In this document: piece by piece, positions 37,757-47,335 of the stretch | Position numbering within the stretch: the stretch's first letter is position 1 | Layout: each line of letters begins with the position of its first letter | NCBI GenBank assembly: GCA_963932905.1 | Contig: CAWVRN010000009.1 | Coordinates: forward strand, 1-64,000 | Origin: an uncultured Bdellovibrio sp. | GTDB lineage: Bacteria; Bdellovibrionota; Bdellovibrionia; Bdellovibrionales; Bdellovibrionaceae | DNA: 64,000 bases | Direction of reading: 5' to 3' | Program-made: the position numbers and the translations under genes | Notes under the pieces: model-generated | Told to the model about the DNA's origin: nothing | What the model saw: only the letters and a program-made list of their open reading frames with translations | The model's database searches: none

Positions 37757-40700
37757 TTAGCCCCAGAAATATTGATCTGGTTCTAACGCGAGCGGTGTTT
37801 CATGCAAGGTTTCTGTCTGCCACAATGGGGCCACATGATTCACGATAATACTGACCGTATTTCCATCTCGCTCCATTTTTCCACCAACAATTAAAAAGCA
37901 GTGATTTAAAAAGACGTCGTTATATTTCTCGAAGGTGTCGGGGAATAAAACTAGATCGATAAATCCATATTCATCTTCTAGCGTTGAAAAGCAGGTGCCC
38001 TTAGCCGTAGGTGGTTTTTGTCTGATTAAAACTAGGCCGCACGTTTTTATCTGCGAACCACTTTTCATTTCTCGGATTTTCTTGGACGTCATTTTTGGAA
38101 TTGTCGTTATGGTTTTTCGTAATTCCTGCATCGGGTGGCCTTGCAGGGATAGCGAAAATGCGCCGTAGTCGTTTTGAACTTTTTCGAAGCCATTCAAATC
38201 AGAAAAATTCAGTGATGGTGAACGGTTGGTTTCCTGTTGATTCAAATAGGATGTGTGTGTAAAAAAACTGAGTTGTTCTGAGCTTGTTTTAGTCAGTACG
38301 TTTTCATATTCCATAATAGCCCAAAGGGAATTGCGGGCATTCCAGTTAAAATCTTCAAAACGACTCGCCAAGGCAAGTCGCTGGATCACATCGGCTCGCA
38401 ATGACGATCGCTTCAAAAAATCAGCCAGGCTGGTGAATTCTTTTTGTTCGCGTTCCAGCACCATAGCTTCGACATGTGATTGGCTTAAACCACTGACGAC
38501 GCGAAATCCTAAACGAATCGTATTTTCGCCTTCGATCGCACAATCCCATTGGGATTTGTTGATTGAAACGGGAAGCACGCGCACCCCATGCCTGATGGCA
38601 TCGTAAATGATCGTGTCATTTCTATAGAAGCCCATCGGTTGACTGTTGACCAGTGAACAGGCGAATTCCGCTGGGTGATGGCATTTTAAATAGCACGATA
38701 CATAGGCCAGCAGAGCAAACGAAGCCGCATGGCTTTCGGGAAAACCATAATTACTGAAGCCTTGGATCTGTTCAAAAATTTGATTTGAAAATTCAGGGCT
38801 CATCCCACCCTTAATTAATCCGCGTCGCAAACGATCACCCATTTCTCCGAGGGGGCGACTGGTTTTCCAGGCGTTGATCGATTTTCTCAGCAGATCGGAT
38901 TCACCTGGGGTAAATCCAGCTAAATCGATAGCGAGCTTCATGACTTGTTCTTGGAATAAAGGAACACCTTTTGTTTTACCCAAAATATTTTCGACAGCTT
39001 TGTTGGGGTATTTAATTTCTTCTAAACCGCGTCGGCGTTTCAAATAAGGATGAACCATGTTGCCCACGATGGGGCCAGGGCGCACGATGGCGACTTGAAC
39101 GACTAGGTCATAAAAGTTCTCTGGCTTCAGACGGCCCAGCATTGACATCTGCGCGCGCGATTCCACTTGGAAGGTGCCGACGGTGTCACAGTTCTGAATC
39201 ATCGTGTAAGTGGCTTTGTCGTCGGCCGGTATTTCATACAGTTTATGATGAGTTAATTTCAAAGTTTTGCTGAGGCACGACAGCATTCCTAACGATAGCA
39301 CATCGACTTTGATCAGCCCGAGTGTGTCTAAATCATATTTATCCCACTGAATAATGGTACGACCTTCTTTGCGTGCGGGTTCGACAGGAACAATATCGAT
39401 GATGGGATCGGCACTCAATGTGAAACCACCGCTGTGAATAGAGAGATGACGAGGAAAACCTTGCATTTCGCCAGCGATGTAGGAAATTTTATCTTGAAGG
39501 CTTTCTTTTTGTGGGTGATCTTTGATCAATTCATCAAACTGCCGTTCCAGTTTCTTCGCGGATAAGGTTCCGACAGCAACGCCAAAGGCTTTACAGACCT
39601 CACGAAAAGCACTGCGGTACTGATACGTCACAACAGCGCTGACCATGGCGGCGCGATCGCGACCATAACGACTGTACATATACTGAATGATTTCTTCACG
39701 GCGTTCGTGTTCAAAATCAATATCGATATCTGGTGGTTCGCCACGTTCAGCACTGATGAATCTTTCAAATAGCAGATTCATTTCAGATGGGTTGATCGCC
39801 GTGATTCCTAAAACATAACAGACAGCTGAATTCGCTGCCGATCCACGTCCCTGACATAAGATATCTAGTTCATTGGCTTTGCGGACAATGTCATAAATGG
39901 TTAAAAAATAATCGGCATAGCCAAGCTCACCAATCAGTTTTAATTCGTGATCTAATAATTTTTGCATTTTTTCATCGATAGTTCGATGGACAGCATTTTC
40001 TTTGACTAAAAATTCCAAATACGTTTGAGCCGTGTAGTTTTCAGGAATCCATTCGGAAGGGTAGCGGTATTTCAATTCGCTTGGGGAAAACGTACATTCA
40101 TCGGCAATCTCGACGGTTTTTTGTAGAGCCTCAGGAAAATCTTTATATAGCATCACCATGTGCTGTGGGCTTTTGATGTAACGTTCGCCGTTACCTCGAA
40201 TTTTAAATCCAATCTCTGATAAAGGTTTTGTCTCACGAATAGAAATCAAAACGTCTTGGACCAGTTTACGTTTTTTAACGTGATATTCCACATCGTTACT
40301 GGCGACAAGTTCCAGGTCCCACGTGTTTTTAATTTCTAGCAGTCGACGCACGCGTTTTTCATCGTGACCATCTTGATAAAAAGTCAGCGGGAGATACAGA
40401 TTGCGTTTAAATAGTTTTTTCAATTCAGGCCACAGAATGCCTAATTCAGATTCCGTGCGCGGAATAACGACTAAGTTTGCGGCGATGGTATCGGATAAAC
40501 TGTTCAAAAAGTGATTGATGAATAAATTGCCTTCACCTTTTTCGCTCTCTTTTTTAGACAGGGTGACCAGCTGACAAATGCGTGCATAAGCGGCGCGGTT
40601 TTTTGCTATCAGCGTAAGGGGAGCGTGATCAAAGAAAGTCAGTTCCGCACCGCAGAGGTATTTAAAATTAGGATGATCCTTGGCCACGCGATAACCACGA

Positions 40701-40843
40701 GGCATACCATACACACCATTGATATCTGTTAAGGCCATGCCAGAGAGATTCATTTTCACAGCTTGCTCAATGAGCTCGTTAGGATGGGAAGCTCCGGTCA
40801 GGAAACTAAAATTGGTTTTCGTGCGCAGTTCGACGTAGTTCAT
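37757..40843 (-). CDS. dnaE2: Error-prone DNA polymerase DnaE2 (ImuC)
   Basis: NFSFLTGASHP, CQGRGSAANS, PPDIDIDFEHERREE, YGFPESHAASFA, RQKPPTAKG. Confidence 0.96.
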   Translation of the reverse strand: MNYVELRTKTNFSFLTGASHPNELIEQAVKMNLSGMALTDINGVYGMPRGYRVAKDHPNFKYLCGAELTFFDHAPLTLIAKNRAAYARICQLVTLSKKESEKGEGNLFINHFLNSLSDTIAANLVVIPRTESELGILWPELKKLFKRNLYLPLTFYQDGHDEKRVRRLLEIKNTWDLELVASNDVEYHVKKRKLVQDVLISIRETKPLSEIGFKIRGNGERYIKSPQHMVMLYKDFPEALQKTVEIADECTFSPSELKYRYPSEWIPENYTAQTYLEFLVKENAVHRTIDEKMQKLLDHELKLIGELGYADYFLTIYDIVRKANELDILCQGRGSAANSAVCYVLGITAINPSEMNLLFERFISAERGEPPDIDIDFEHERREEIIQYMYSRYGRDRAAMVSAVVTYQYRSAFREVCKAFGVAVGTLSAKKLERQFDELIKDHPQKESLQDKISYIAGEMQGFPRHLSIHSGGFTLSADPIIDIVPVEPARKEGRTIIQWDKYDLDTLGLIKVDVLSLGMLSCLSKTLKLTHHKLYEIPADDKATYTMIQNCDTVGTFQVESRAQMSMLGRLKPENFYDLVVQVAIVRPGPIVGNMVHPYLKRRRGLEEIKYPNKAVENILGKTKGVPLFQEQVMKLAIDLAGFTPGESDLLRKSINAWKTSRPLGEMGDRLRRGLIKGGMSPEFSNQIFEQIQGFSNYGFPESHAASFALLAYVSCYLKCHHPAEFACSLVNSQPMGFYRNDTIIYDAIRHGVRVLPVSINKSQWDCAIEGENTIRLGFRVVSGLSQSHVEAMVLEREQKEFTSLADFLKRSSLRADVIQRLALASRFEDFNWNARNSLWAIMEYENVLTKTSSEQLSFFTHTSYLNQQETNRSPSLNFSDLNGFEKVQNDYGAFSLSLQGHPMQELRKTITTIPKMTSKKIREMKSGSQIKTCGLVLIRQKPPTAKGTCFSTLEDEYGFIDLVLFPDTFEKYNDVFLNHCFLIVGGKMERDGNTVSIIVNHVAPLWQTETLHETPLALEPDQYFWG

Positions 40844-42153
40844 TCAAATATTCCGTGTAGGTAATAACCGTCTTTATTTTTAAACACCCAGAAACTATCA
40901 CCGCTGACTGTGTTTAATCGGTAGTACACGCGTTCGCCACCTGAAATTTCCCACCAGTTGGATAACAAGACTTCGGGATTTTTCCATTCGGTGATGTCAT
41001 GGGGAAGCCGGTTGTAAACCAAGCGATTGTTGTGAATGGGAATCGCCAAGGGTTCTTTGAATAGGCGTAAAGGTCGTTCGGGAATAAATGATTCTTGAAC
41101 GGTGTCATTTGATTTTTCAGGGGTGCGAAACCAATTGCGCTCAGGAAGATAGTTTTCTTTGATCTGGGCGAAGAAAGCCCCGTCAGTGCCAAGTTTAGTC
41201 GCCAGCCTTGAAACTAAATGGAAAAAGGACTCCGACGTTTCTTCTTTCTTTTGATCAAACAAATCTTTCTGACTGGTTAAATAAGGCGCTTCTTCGGTGA
41301 CGACCAAAGATACACTGATAATCGCGTGTTCCAGTGGCATTCGATGAACCATAGAGTCTAATTTTTCCCTAGCAATTTGAAAAATCGTTTTCACAGAAAC
41401 AAAAGGCAACTGGATAATAACAGGTACTTCATAACTTTGCTTTGACTTGCGTGTTTCATATTCCTGTTGCAAAACAATTTTAAATTGACGAACACGCTGA
41501 CCACGACCACGCAGACGAAGATAAATTTTTTCCAACATCGGACGTAAGATAAAATAAACAGGTTCTAAATCGCGCGGCGGGTAGGCTAAATCAAATTCAT
41601 GCGTTTCTTCTACCACTTGACGAGGTTTGAATTCTGTCCAAGGGATTTCATGAAGTCCTAAAATACGTTGATACGCCATCAAAATGACAGGACCAAATCG
41701 CGGTGATATTTCATAAGAAGGAATTTTTAAAAAATCTTTAACGGTGTGAATACGAAGTGATTTTAATAAATTCATGGCTTTGACCACGATTCCTTGCTGT
41801 TCCGGATATTGCCCCAGTGGGTCGCTATAATAAATCAAAGATTCAATGGGCAGTGAGTCTTTGTCGACAACAGGATAAATGGCCATGGCCAGTGCCGTGC
41901 TTATATCATCGGCGATGGACAGGTCGGCGTGGATACCAATGCGCTCTAGGGTTACGTAGGTGCGTTTTAGAAACGTCGATTCTGAATACAGGGCGTGGCA
42001 TTTAGAAATTTCTAGAAAAATCGCCGTGTGATCAAACGGACCCTTTCCATGGCCCGCCTGGCGAAGTCGAATTTGTGGAGTCGCACGGTAGAAAATTTCG
42101 GCGATGGTTTGTGCGTTAGTGTCCTTGGGTAATTTAATACAAACGATCCTCAC
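40840..42153 (-). CDS. imuB: ImuB-like inactive Y-family polymerase
   Basis: Located between the imuA-like gene and dnaE2; QKDLF clamp motif; PERPLRLF, WW...R.YY and YLHGIF C-terminal motifs; no N-terminal catalytic Asp motif. Confidence 0.85.
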   Translation of the reverse strand: MRIVCIKLPKDTNAQTIAEIFYRATPQIRLRQAGHGKGPFDHTAIFLEISKCHALYSESTFLKRTYVTLERIGIHADLSIADDISTALAMAIYPVVDKDSLPIESLIYYSDPLGQYPEQQGIVVKAMNLLKSLRIHTVKDFLKIPSYEISPRFGPVILMAYQRILGLHEIPWTEFKPRQVVEETHEFDLAYPPRDLEPVYFILRPMLEKIYLRLRGRGQRVRQFKIVLQQEYETRKSKQSYEVPVIIQLPFVSVKTIFQIAREKLDSMVHRMPLEHAIISVSLVVTEEAPYLTSQKDLFDQKKEETSESFFHLVSRLATKLGTDGAFFAQIKENYLPERNWFRTPEKSNDTVQESFIPERPLRLFKEPLAIPIHNNRLVYNRLPHDITEWKNPEVLLSNWWEISGGERVYYRLNTVSGDSFWVFKNKDGYYLHGIFE

Positions 42154-42698
42154 AAAGCACCTCGTTTACGAAGAGCTTGCACGGACCATTGATTGTCTAT
42201 CTTGCGTGTTTTTAATTGCAAATGGGGAACCCAGCTGGGGGTTGGATTCGCAGACAATAGAAAAAAATGATTTTGCGCTTTTTCAGATAATAATTGAAAA
42301 CGACGCAAATCTTTTTCCTGAAAACGACTATTTTCAGTGACGACGATTTGAAAACAACCAGAGCCTAAAACTTGATTCAAACACCAGGCTAAATCTTTTT
42401 TGCCTTCGATAAATAAAATATGATCCAGGCAAACGCCTTTTTGTTTCAAAGCATAGGGATTGATAGTGATAGATTCTTCGACCCAAGCCACTTTCAATTC
42501 TGGATTTTCACTTAGAAACTGAGCCGTGAATTCCGTGCGCTGAGATCCCGTAAGCTCAACAAAAGAACCGACGGCAAATCCATCGGGATACAAAGAACAC
42601 GCATGACGAGGGCGATCGTCAGGCTTGGTGGCGCCAATCAGTTCTCGAAGTTCCGCAATAGTAGGTTTGACAATCTGTAGCCCCATAAACCATCCCAA
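42150..42698 (-). CDS. imuA: ImuA/RecA-like accessory protein
   Basis: G.FVEL.G degenerate P-loop, VAWVE...NP.AL...GV.L, LRRFQL.SEK; cassette context. Confidence 0.75.
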   Translation of the reverse strand: MGWFMGLQIVKPTIAELRELIGATKPDDRPRHACSLYPDGFAVGSFVELTGSQRTEFTAQFLSENPELKVAWVEESITINPYALKQKGVCLDHILFIEGKKDLAWCLNQVLGSGCFQIVVTENSRFQEKDLRRFQLLSEKAQNHFFLLSANPTPSWVPHLQLKTRKIDNQWSVQALRKRGAL

Positions 42699-42702
42699 GA
42701 CA

Positions 42703-43296
42703 TTATTGAGTTCTCAGTAATCCGCAGAATACGCCCGCAATACGCAGTTGCGCGCTGTCGTTGACGATGATGGGTTTGTATTTCTCATTAGCAGAATGTA
42801 ATTCAATGTGCGTGCGTTTTTTATGAAAGCGCTTAATAGTGGCGCTGTCTTCAATTTCGGCCACAACAATGTCGCCCTGATGGGCGGTCTTTTGTTGACG
42901 AATGATCACGTAATCGCCGTCTTGAATGCACTCGCCGATCATCGAATCACCCGAAACTTGCAAAACAAAATAGGGGCCGGGACCTTTGATCATAAACGAA
43001 GGAACTTCAACATGTTCATCGGCTTTTTTGAAATCGATGGGTTGTCCGGCCGCGACTTTCCCAAGGACGGGCAGTAGGTTGCCATCTTTATGCAAAGTGA
43101 GTCCATGCGAGAGATGGTTTTCTTTCGTCATGTAACCCTTGGCAATCAAAGCCTCAATATAATGATGAACGGTGGACTTGGCTTTATAACCCAGGCTCTT
43201 AGCAATCACTTCGTAGGTGGGCGGAGTGCCATTTTTATCTACGTAGGACTTAATGAAATCTAAAACTTTTTTTTGATTTAAAGTTAAATTTTGCAT
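42703..43296 (-). CDS. lexA: SOS repressor LexA
   Basis: PPT..IA..LG winged HTH, VAAG cleavage site, GDSM (Ser), ATIKRF (Lys). Confidence 0.95.
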   Translation of the reverse strand: MQNLTLNQKKVLDFIKSYVDKNGTPPTYEVIAKSLGYKAKSTVHHYIEALIAKGYMTKENHLSHGLTLHKDGNLLPVLGKVAAGQPIDFKKADEHVEVPSFMIKGPGPYFVLQVSGDSMIGECIQDGDYVIIRQQKTAHQGDIVVAEIEDSATIKRFHKKRTHIELHSANEKYKPIIVNDSAQLRIAGVFCGLLRTQ

Positions 43297-43424
43297 CTGT
43301 AGCTCCTGTTCTTGGGCTTATTATTTAGTTTAGAGGCGTTCTCGTAGAGTAAACCTTATGCTCTTTTCTTTGTTCTTTGCTTTGCTCTTTACCTTGCCCT
43401 TTGAACAGGGCGCTCCCACTTGAT

Positions 43425-43473
43425 TCGAACAAAACTCGAACTTTCAATATATCGAACAAAACTCGAACTTCAA
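43425..43473 (-). promoter_or_regulatory. lexA promoter with two GTTC-N7-GTTC boxes
   Basis: TCGAACAAAACTCGAACTT at 43425-43443 and 43452-43470; minus-strand TTGAAG-16nt-TATATT overlaps them. Confidence 0.75.
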
Positions 43474-43536
43474 GAAAAATGTAAAAGGGCCCGGATATTT
43501 ATCCAGACGCGGGACCGCAAAATATGTCAGAATGAA

Positions 43537-44196
43537 TTAAATTAGCTCTTGGCCTAAATCTTTAAGATAAGCCCGCATGACCTGAGCGCGGCGTTGGCCT
43601 TCTGCCAGGGCCGATTTTGTTTTCAGAGTGTCAGCGACTTTAAAAAGTTTAATATAAAAATGATCGATCGAATACTGACCATCATCAGCCGGGCGGCCGT
43701 GTTCGCACAAAGGATCGACTTCGCTGTAGAGGGGACGTTTCATACGTCCGGCCGTAATCATCATACGCGCAATTCCAATAGCACCCAGGGCATCTAACCG
43801 ATCCGCATCTTGAACGATTTTGGCTTCCAGCGTTTCTGTCGGAATGTTGGCGCTAAAACTGTGCGCTTCAATACAATGAGCAATTGCGGAATGAAATTCT
43901 TTGGGATAACCAACACGTTCTAAAAACTCAACTGCACGAGTCGCTGAAATACGCGACGCTTGTTTGCGCAGCGGACTGTCTTTAGGAATCACGACGAAAT
44001 CATGCAGCCAAGCGCCGGGAATCACGACGCAAGGATTTGCATTTTCTTTTTCGCATAAATGCTTGGCCATAGTGACAACACGCTTTAAGTGAAGCGAATC
44101 GTGTGACGGGTCAAAATCGACAGCCAGGCTTTCGATTTCAGTTTGAAATATTTTTTCCCACTCAGCGAGTGTTTTATTGGCCACTAGCATCTTCAC
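43537..44196 (-). CDS. HD-domain phosphohydrolase (YedJ-like)
   Basis: SHD..H..RV, LHD, AHSFS, QDADRLDALGAIG. Confidence 0.9.
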   Translation of the reverse strand: MKMLVANKTLAEWEKIFQTEIESLAVDFDPSHDSLHLKRVVTMAKHLCEKENANPCVVIPGAWLHDFVVIPKDSPLRKQASRISATRAVEFLERVGYPKEFHSAIAHCIEAHSFSANIPTETLEAKIVQDADRLDALGAIGIARMMITAGRMKRPLYSEVDPLCEHGRPADDGQYSIDHFYIKLFKVADTLKTKSALAEGQRRAQVMRAYLKDLGQELI

Positions 44197-44198
44197 CT

Positions 44199-45464
44199 TT
44201 ATACGCGGACAGAAAGACCATCTTTAAGCGCTAACCGAGTCGCTTGCAGCGCAGGAATTAATCCCACTAGAATGCCAATCAGTAATGTAGCTCCCATATA
44301 GATAAAATCAGTCGACGTTAAAACAGCACCCACCGAATAGAAACCAAATTTTTCTTCCAGCCATGATTCTAAAATAAAAAAGCCACTCAATTCTATCGCT
44401 AGCCCTAGCAGTATTCCGAGCAGAGTGATTAAGCCGGATTCAAACACTAAAAGGAAAGTGATTTTAGACGGGGGCGCGCCAACGGCACGTAAGATGGCCA
44501 TTTCACGACGACGTTCATTAAGGCTAGCTAACAGCGAACTCACCATCGACGCTAAACCGACAGCCATCACCATCAAAGAAATTACTTTAAGCACGCGTTC
44601 TATCTGGCTTAATCCTCGCCATAAATCAGATAACGTCGCCCCGGGAATGATCGCCATCAAAGGTTCATCTTTGTAGTTGTTAATATCACGTTGCAGTTGC
44701 AAGGTTTCAATCCGCGTCTTAGTCCGCAAGAAAAATGCGGTGATAGCATGAATAGGCAATTTTTCTTTCGTGATTTGATCTTGAGGAACGGCTTTGTCTT
44801 TGGTCGGCGCAGCGCCCGTTTGCCAGTCGATATGAATCGCTTCCATTCCATACAGAGAAATATAAAGGCTTTGATCAATCGCCGTTCCCGTTGGTTTTAG
44901 AATACCGGAAACGCGAAACGGTTTATCATCATGCATTTGAATACCTTCACCGCGAGTCACGCCATGGGCGACAACTACGGGATCACCCAGCTTGTATTTC
45001 AATTTCGCTTCTACATCAGAGCCAATGACGACATCCCAAATTCCCAGCGCGGGTTGACCTTCACGTAGTTCTACTTTTTTATCACCACGAAAACGGTAAT
45101 GCTCGTAGAAGTTTTCATCCGTAGCTACGACTCGAAATCCACGATGGCCATCGCCCAGTGAGTACGGAATTGTCCAAGCCACCGTTGGGTGTTTTTTTAA
45201 TTCTTGATAGGATTCCCATGAAATATTATTTGAAGCATTGCCCATATTGAAAACGGTATACAAAATTAAATTTAAAGGACCCGTGCGAGCACCCACAAGT
45301 AAATCCACTTGGCTGATCGACTGAGTGAAACCCTCTTGAGCTGATCGTTGTGTACGTTCCACAGATAACAACAAAGCTAAACTCAACGCCACGGAAGCAA
45401 TTGTTAAAAATGCGGTGAGTTTACGATTCCACAGTGATTTTAGAGCGAGTCGGACGAAAATCAT
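44199..45464 (-). CDS. ABC transporter permease (MacB/FtsX-type)
   Basis: DLLVGARTG.L.L.LY.VF, SLGDGHRGFRVV, NERRREMAILRAVGA. Confidence 0.9.
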   Translation of the reverse strand: MIFVRLALKSLWNRKLTAFLTIASVALSLALLLSVERTQRSAQEGFTQSISQVDLLVGARTGPLNLILYTVFNMGNASNNISWESYQELKKHPTVAWTIPYSLGDGHRGFRVVATDENFYEHYRFRGDKKVELREGQPALGIWDVVIGSDVEAKLKYKLGDPVVVAHGVTRGEGIQMHDDKPFRVSGILKPTGTAIDQSLYISLYGMEAIHIDWQTGAAPTKDKAVPQDQITKEKLPIHAITAFFLRTKTRIETLQLQRDINNYKDEPLMAIIPGATLSDLWRGLSQIERVLKVISLMVMAVGLASMVSSLLASLNERRREMAILRAVGAPPSKITFLLVFESGLITLLGILLGLAIELSGFFILESWLEEKFGFYSVGAVLTSTDFIYMGATLLIGILVGLIPALQATRLALKDGLSVRV

Positions 45465-46165
45465 GACAGACCTCCGTTATTTTTCACGGCGGCTTTGTTA
45501 ATGTCCGCCAGAGCCACCACGCGATCAAACAAACCTTGCAGTGATCGATCGTGACTTACGAAAATTAAACTGATGGATTGTTCTTTGCAAATTTCAAATA
45601 TTAAACTCAAAAATTTCTCACGATGATCAAAATCTAAAGCGGATGTGGGTTCGTCGGCTAAAATTAATTTAGGATGACCAATCAGAGAACGGGCGGCAGC
45701 GACACGCTGTTGTTGTCCAACGGATAATTCGCCTGTTTTGTGACTTAGAAGTTCTAGTATTCCTAAACGCTTGGCCATTTCTTGAATTTTTTGAAGTTCT
45801 TGATCCTTAGGAACTAATTTTCGTCTTTCGGGGCTTAGATTTAAAGGCAATGCGATGTTTTCGATGACGCTTAAATAGGGAATCAAATTAAAACTTTGAA
45901 AAATATAACCAATATTATCTGCACGAAAGGCATCCCGCTGGGTGCTTGATAATTGCGTGAGTTCCGTGCCGCCCAACTTGATGGAACCCGAGGCAGGAGT
46001 CAGGACTCCAGCTAGAATTTCCAGGAACGTCGTTTTACCACTGCCGCTGGGGCCAAAAAGAAATATTTTTTCACCGACGTTGACTTGAAAGTGTTCGATA
46101 TCAAGTCGACCGCGTTCGGAATTGGGATAGCTAAATTTAAGTTGGTTCAGGCTCAGTAGTTCCAT
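45461..46165 (-). CDS. ABC transporter ATP-binding protein
   Basis: GPSGSGKT, LSVGQQQRV, ILADEPT, VSHD. Confidence 0.93.
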   Translation of the reverse strand: MELLSLNQLKFSYPNSERGRLDIEHFQVNVGEKIFLFGPSGSGKTTFLEILAGVLTPASGSIKLGGTELTQLSSTQRDAFRADNIGYIFQSFNLIPYLSVIENIALPLNLSPERRKLVPKDQELQKIQEMAKRLGILELLSHKTGELSVGQQQRVAAARSLIGHPKLILADEPTSALDFDHREKFLSLIFEICKEQSISLIFVSHDRSLQGLFDRVVALADINKAAVKNNGGLS

Positions 46166-46195
46166 GGCCCGGTATTCTAATGTAAAAAGATCAAG

Positions 46196-46248
46196 GGTGC
46201 CAGCCTACTTTTCCGGACACGCCGTGTCCGGAAAAGTAGGCTGGCACC
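46196..46248. repeat. REP-like perfect palindrome, copy 1 (25-bp arms, 3-nt loop)
   Basis: GGTGCCAGCCTACTTTTCCGGACAC-gcc-GTGTCCGGAAAAGTAGGCTGGCACC. Confidence 0.85.
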
Positions 46249-47084
46249 TAAAGTTCGAGCTCTTCATCGATAGTTAGTTGAGATTCTGCCAATTTGCCCT
46301 TGTTTTTAAGCCCTTGGCAGGCCACGTTCAAGCGCTTGGTAAGTAGGGCCTCTTCTTTTAAACCACGATTCGTTGTGTAGCTAACAAACGGCGAGCTACC
46401 GTAAAAAAAACCGGTCGAACCATTGGTATAATTCCAAGTTTGGGCATCATAGTAGTTGCTATCAACGACCTCAAATTTATATCCATTCGTTGTCGGCTGC
46501 ATACCGATCACGAGCCAGCCATGTGCCGTAATTCCTGGCAGTTGCAGAACTTGATAAATTGGTTTTTGGTATGTTTGTAGACGATTGTACATTTCATCCA
46601 TCAATATTTTTAAATCGTCCGCAGGAATCGAGTTAGAACCCATCAGACCATCTAAAAACCCAAGACCGAAGCCCCCATTAGAGATTTGCCAAGCCTCTAG
46701 ATTTTCCTGAATCACCTCTTGGTGGTCGATCGAAAAATCTTGAAGGTTATGATAGCCATTGATCGTAACTGGGCGTCCCTCACGCAGACGCTGAACTAAT
46801 TTATAGGCCTCATCGGAAGTTACCTTCGGTTCTGATGGATCAAATACGGCCAAATACTGAGCCGCCCGAGTCAGTCGACTATGCCACCAGCAGACCCCCC
46901 CGTTAAACAATCCGCCACGATTTGTGAAACTCAATCGATTCTGCGATAAACTCAAATTCTTAATAAATAGCGAGGGGTCCATAGCCACTTTCGCGCAATG
47001 CTGCTTCCAACGCTCAGTGTCCGCCGCGGGAGCAAAATGAAATGCCAACACCAGAGCACACAATAAAAACAAAAACTTATTCAT
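46248..47084 (-). CDS. Secreted protein with papain-like Cys/His/Asp motif order
   Basis: Signal peptide; GGVCWWHS...TAHGWLV...VVDSN. Start ATG 47084. Confidence 0.6.
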   Translation of the reverse strand: MNKFLFLLCALVLAFHFAPAADTERWKQHCAKVAMDPSLFIKNLSLSQNRLSFTNRGGLFNGGVCWWHSRLTRAAQYLAVFDPSEPKVTSDEAYKLVQRLREGRPVTINGYHNLQDFSIDHQEVIQENLEAWQISNGGFGLGFLDGLMGSNSIPADDLKILMDEMYNRLQTYQKPIYQVLQLPGITAHGWLVIGMQPTTNGYKFEVVDSNYYDAQTWNYTNGSTGFFYGSSPFVSYTTNRGLKEEALLTKRLNVACQGLKNKGKLAESQLTIDEELEL

Positions 47085-47151
47085 ACAAAAATTGTATTTC
47101 GAATCCAGATCCAAAAGAACAAAAAACAAGCACCTCCATCTATTCGTCCAG

Positions 47152-47204
47152 GGTGCCAGGTCCTCTTTGCGGAAGCGGTGTGTCCGGAAAAGTAGGCTGG
47201 CACC
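47152..47204. repeat. REP-like palindrome, copy 2 (right arm identical, left arm diverged)
   Basis: 47180-47204 is identical to 46224-46248; left end keeps GGTGCCAG. Confidence 0.8.
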
Positions 47205-47335
47205 TTTTGAAAAAAGGTTAGGGCACTTTGTCTAATTTGTTTTCATAGTTTTTGCTTAAAGCTTTTGTGGTTATTTTTGGGTTGGTATTGAGTTGGCAAT
47301 ACTGAGTTGGATCTACTATTTCTGGGAGTTTTGGA

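Noticed and set aside
43425..43470. 19-bp direct repeat as a mini CRISPR
   Set aside because: Only two copies with an 8-nt gap, overlapping a promoter; an operator explains it better.
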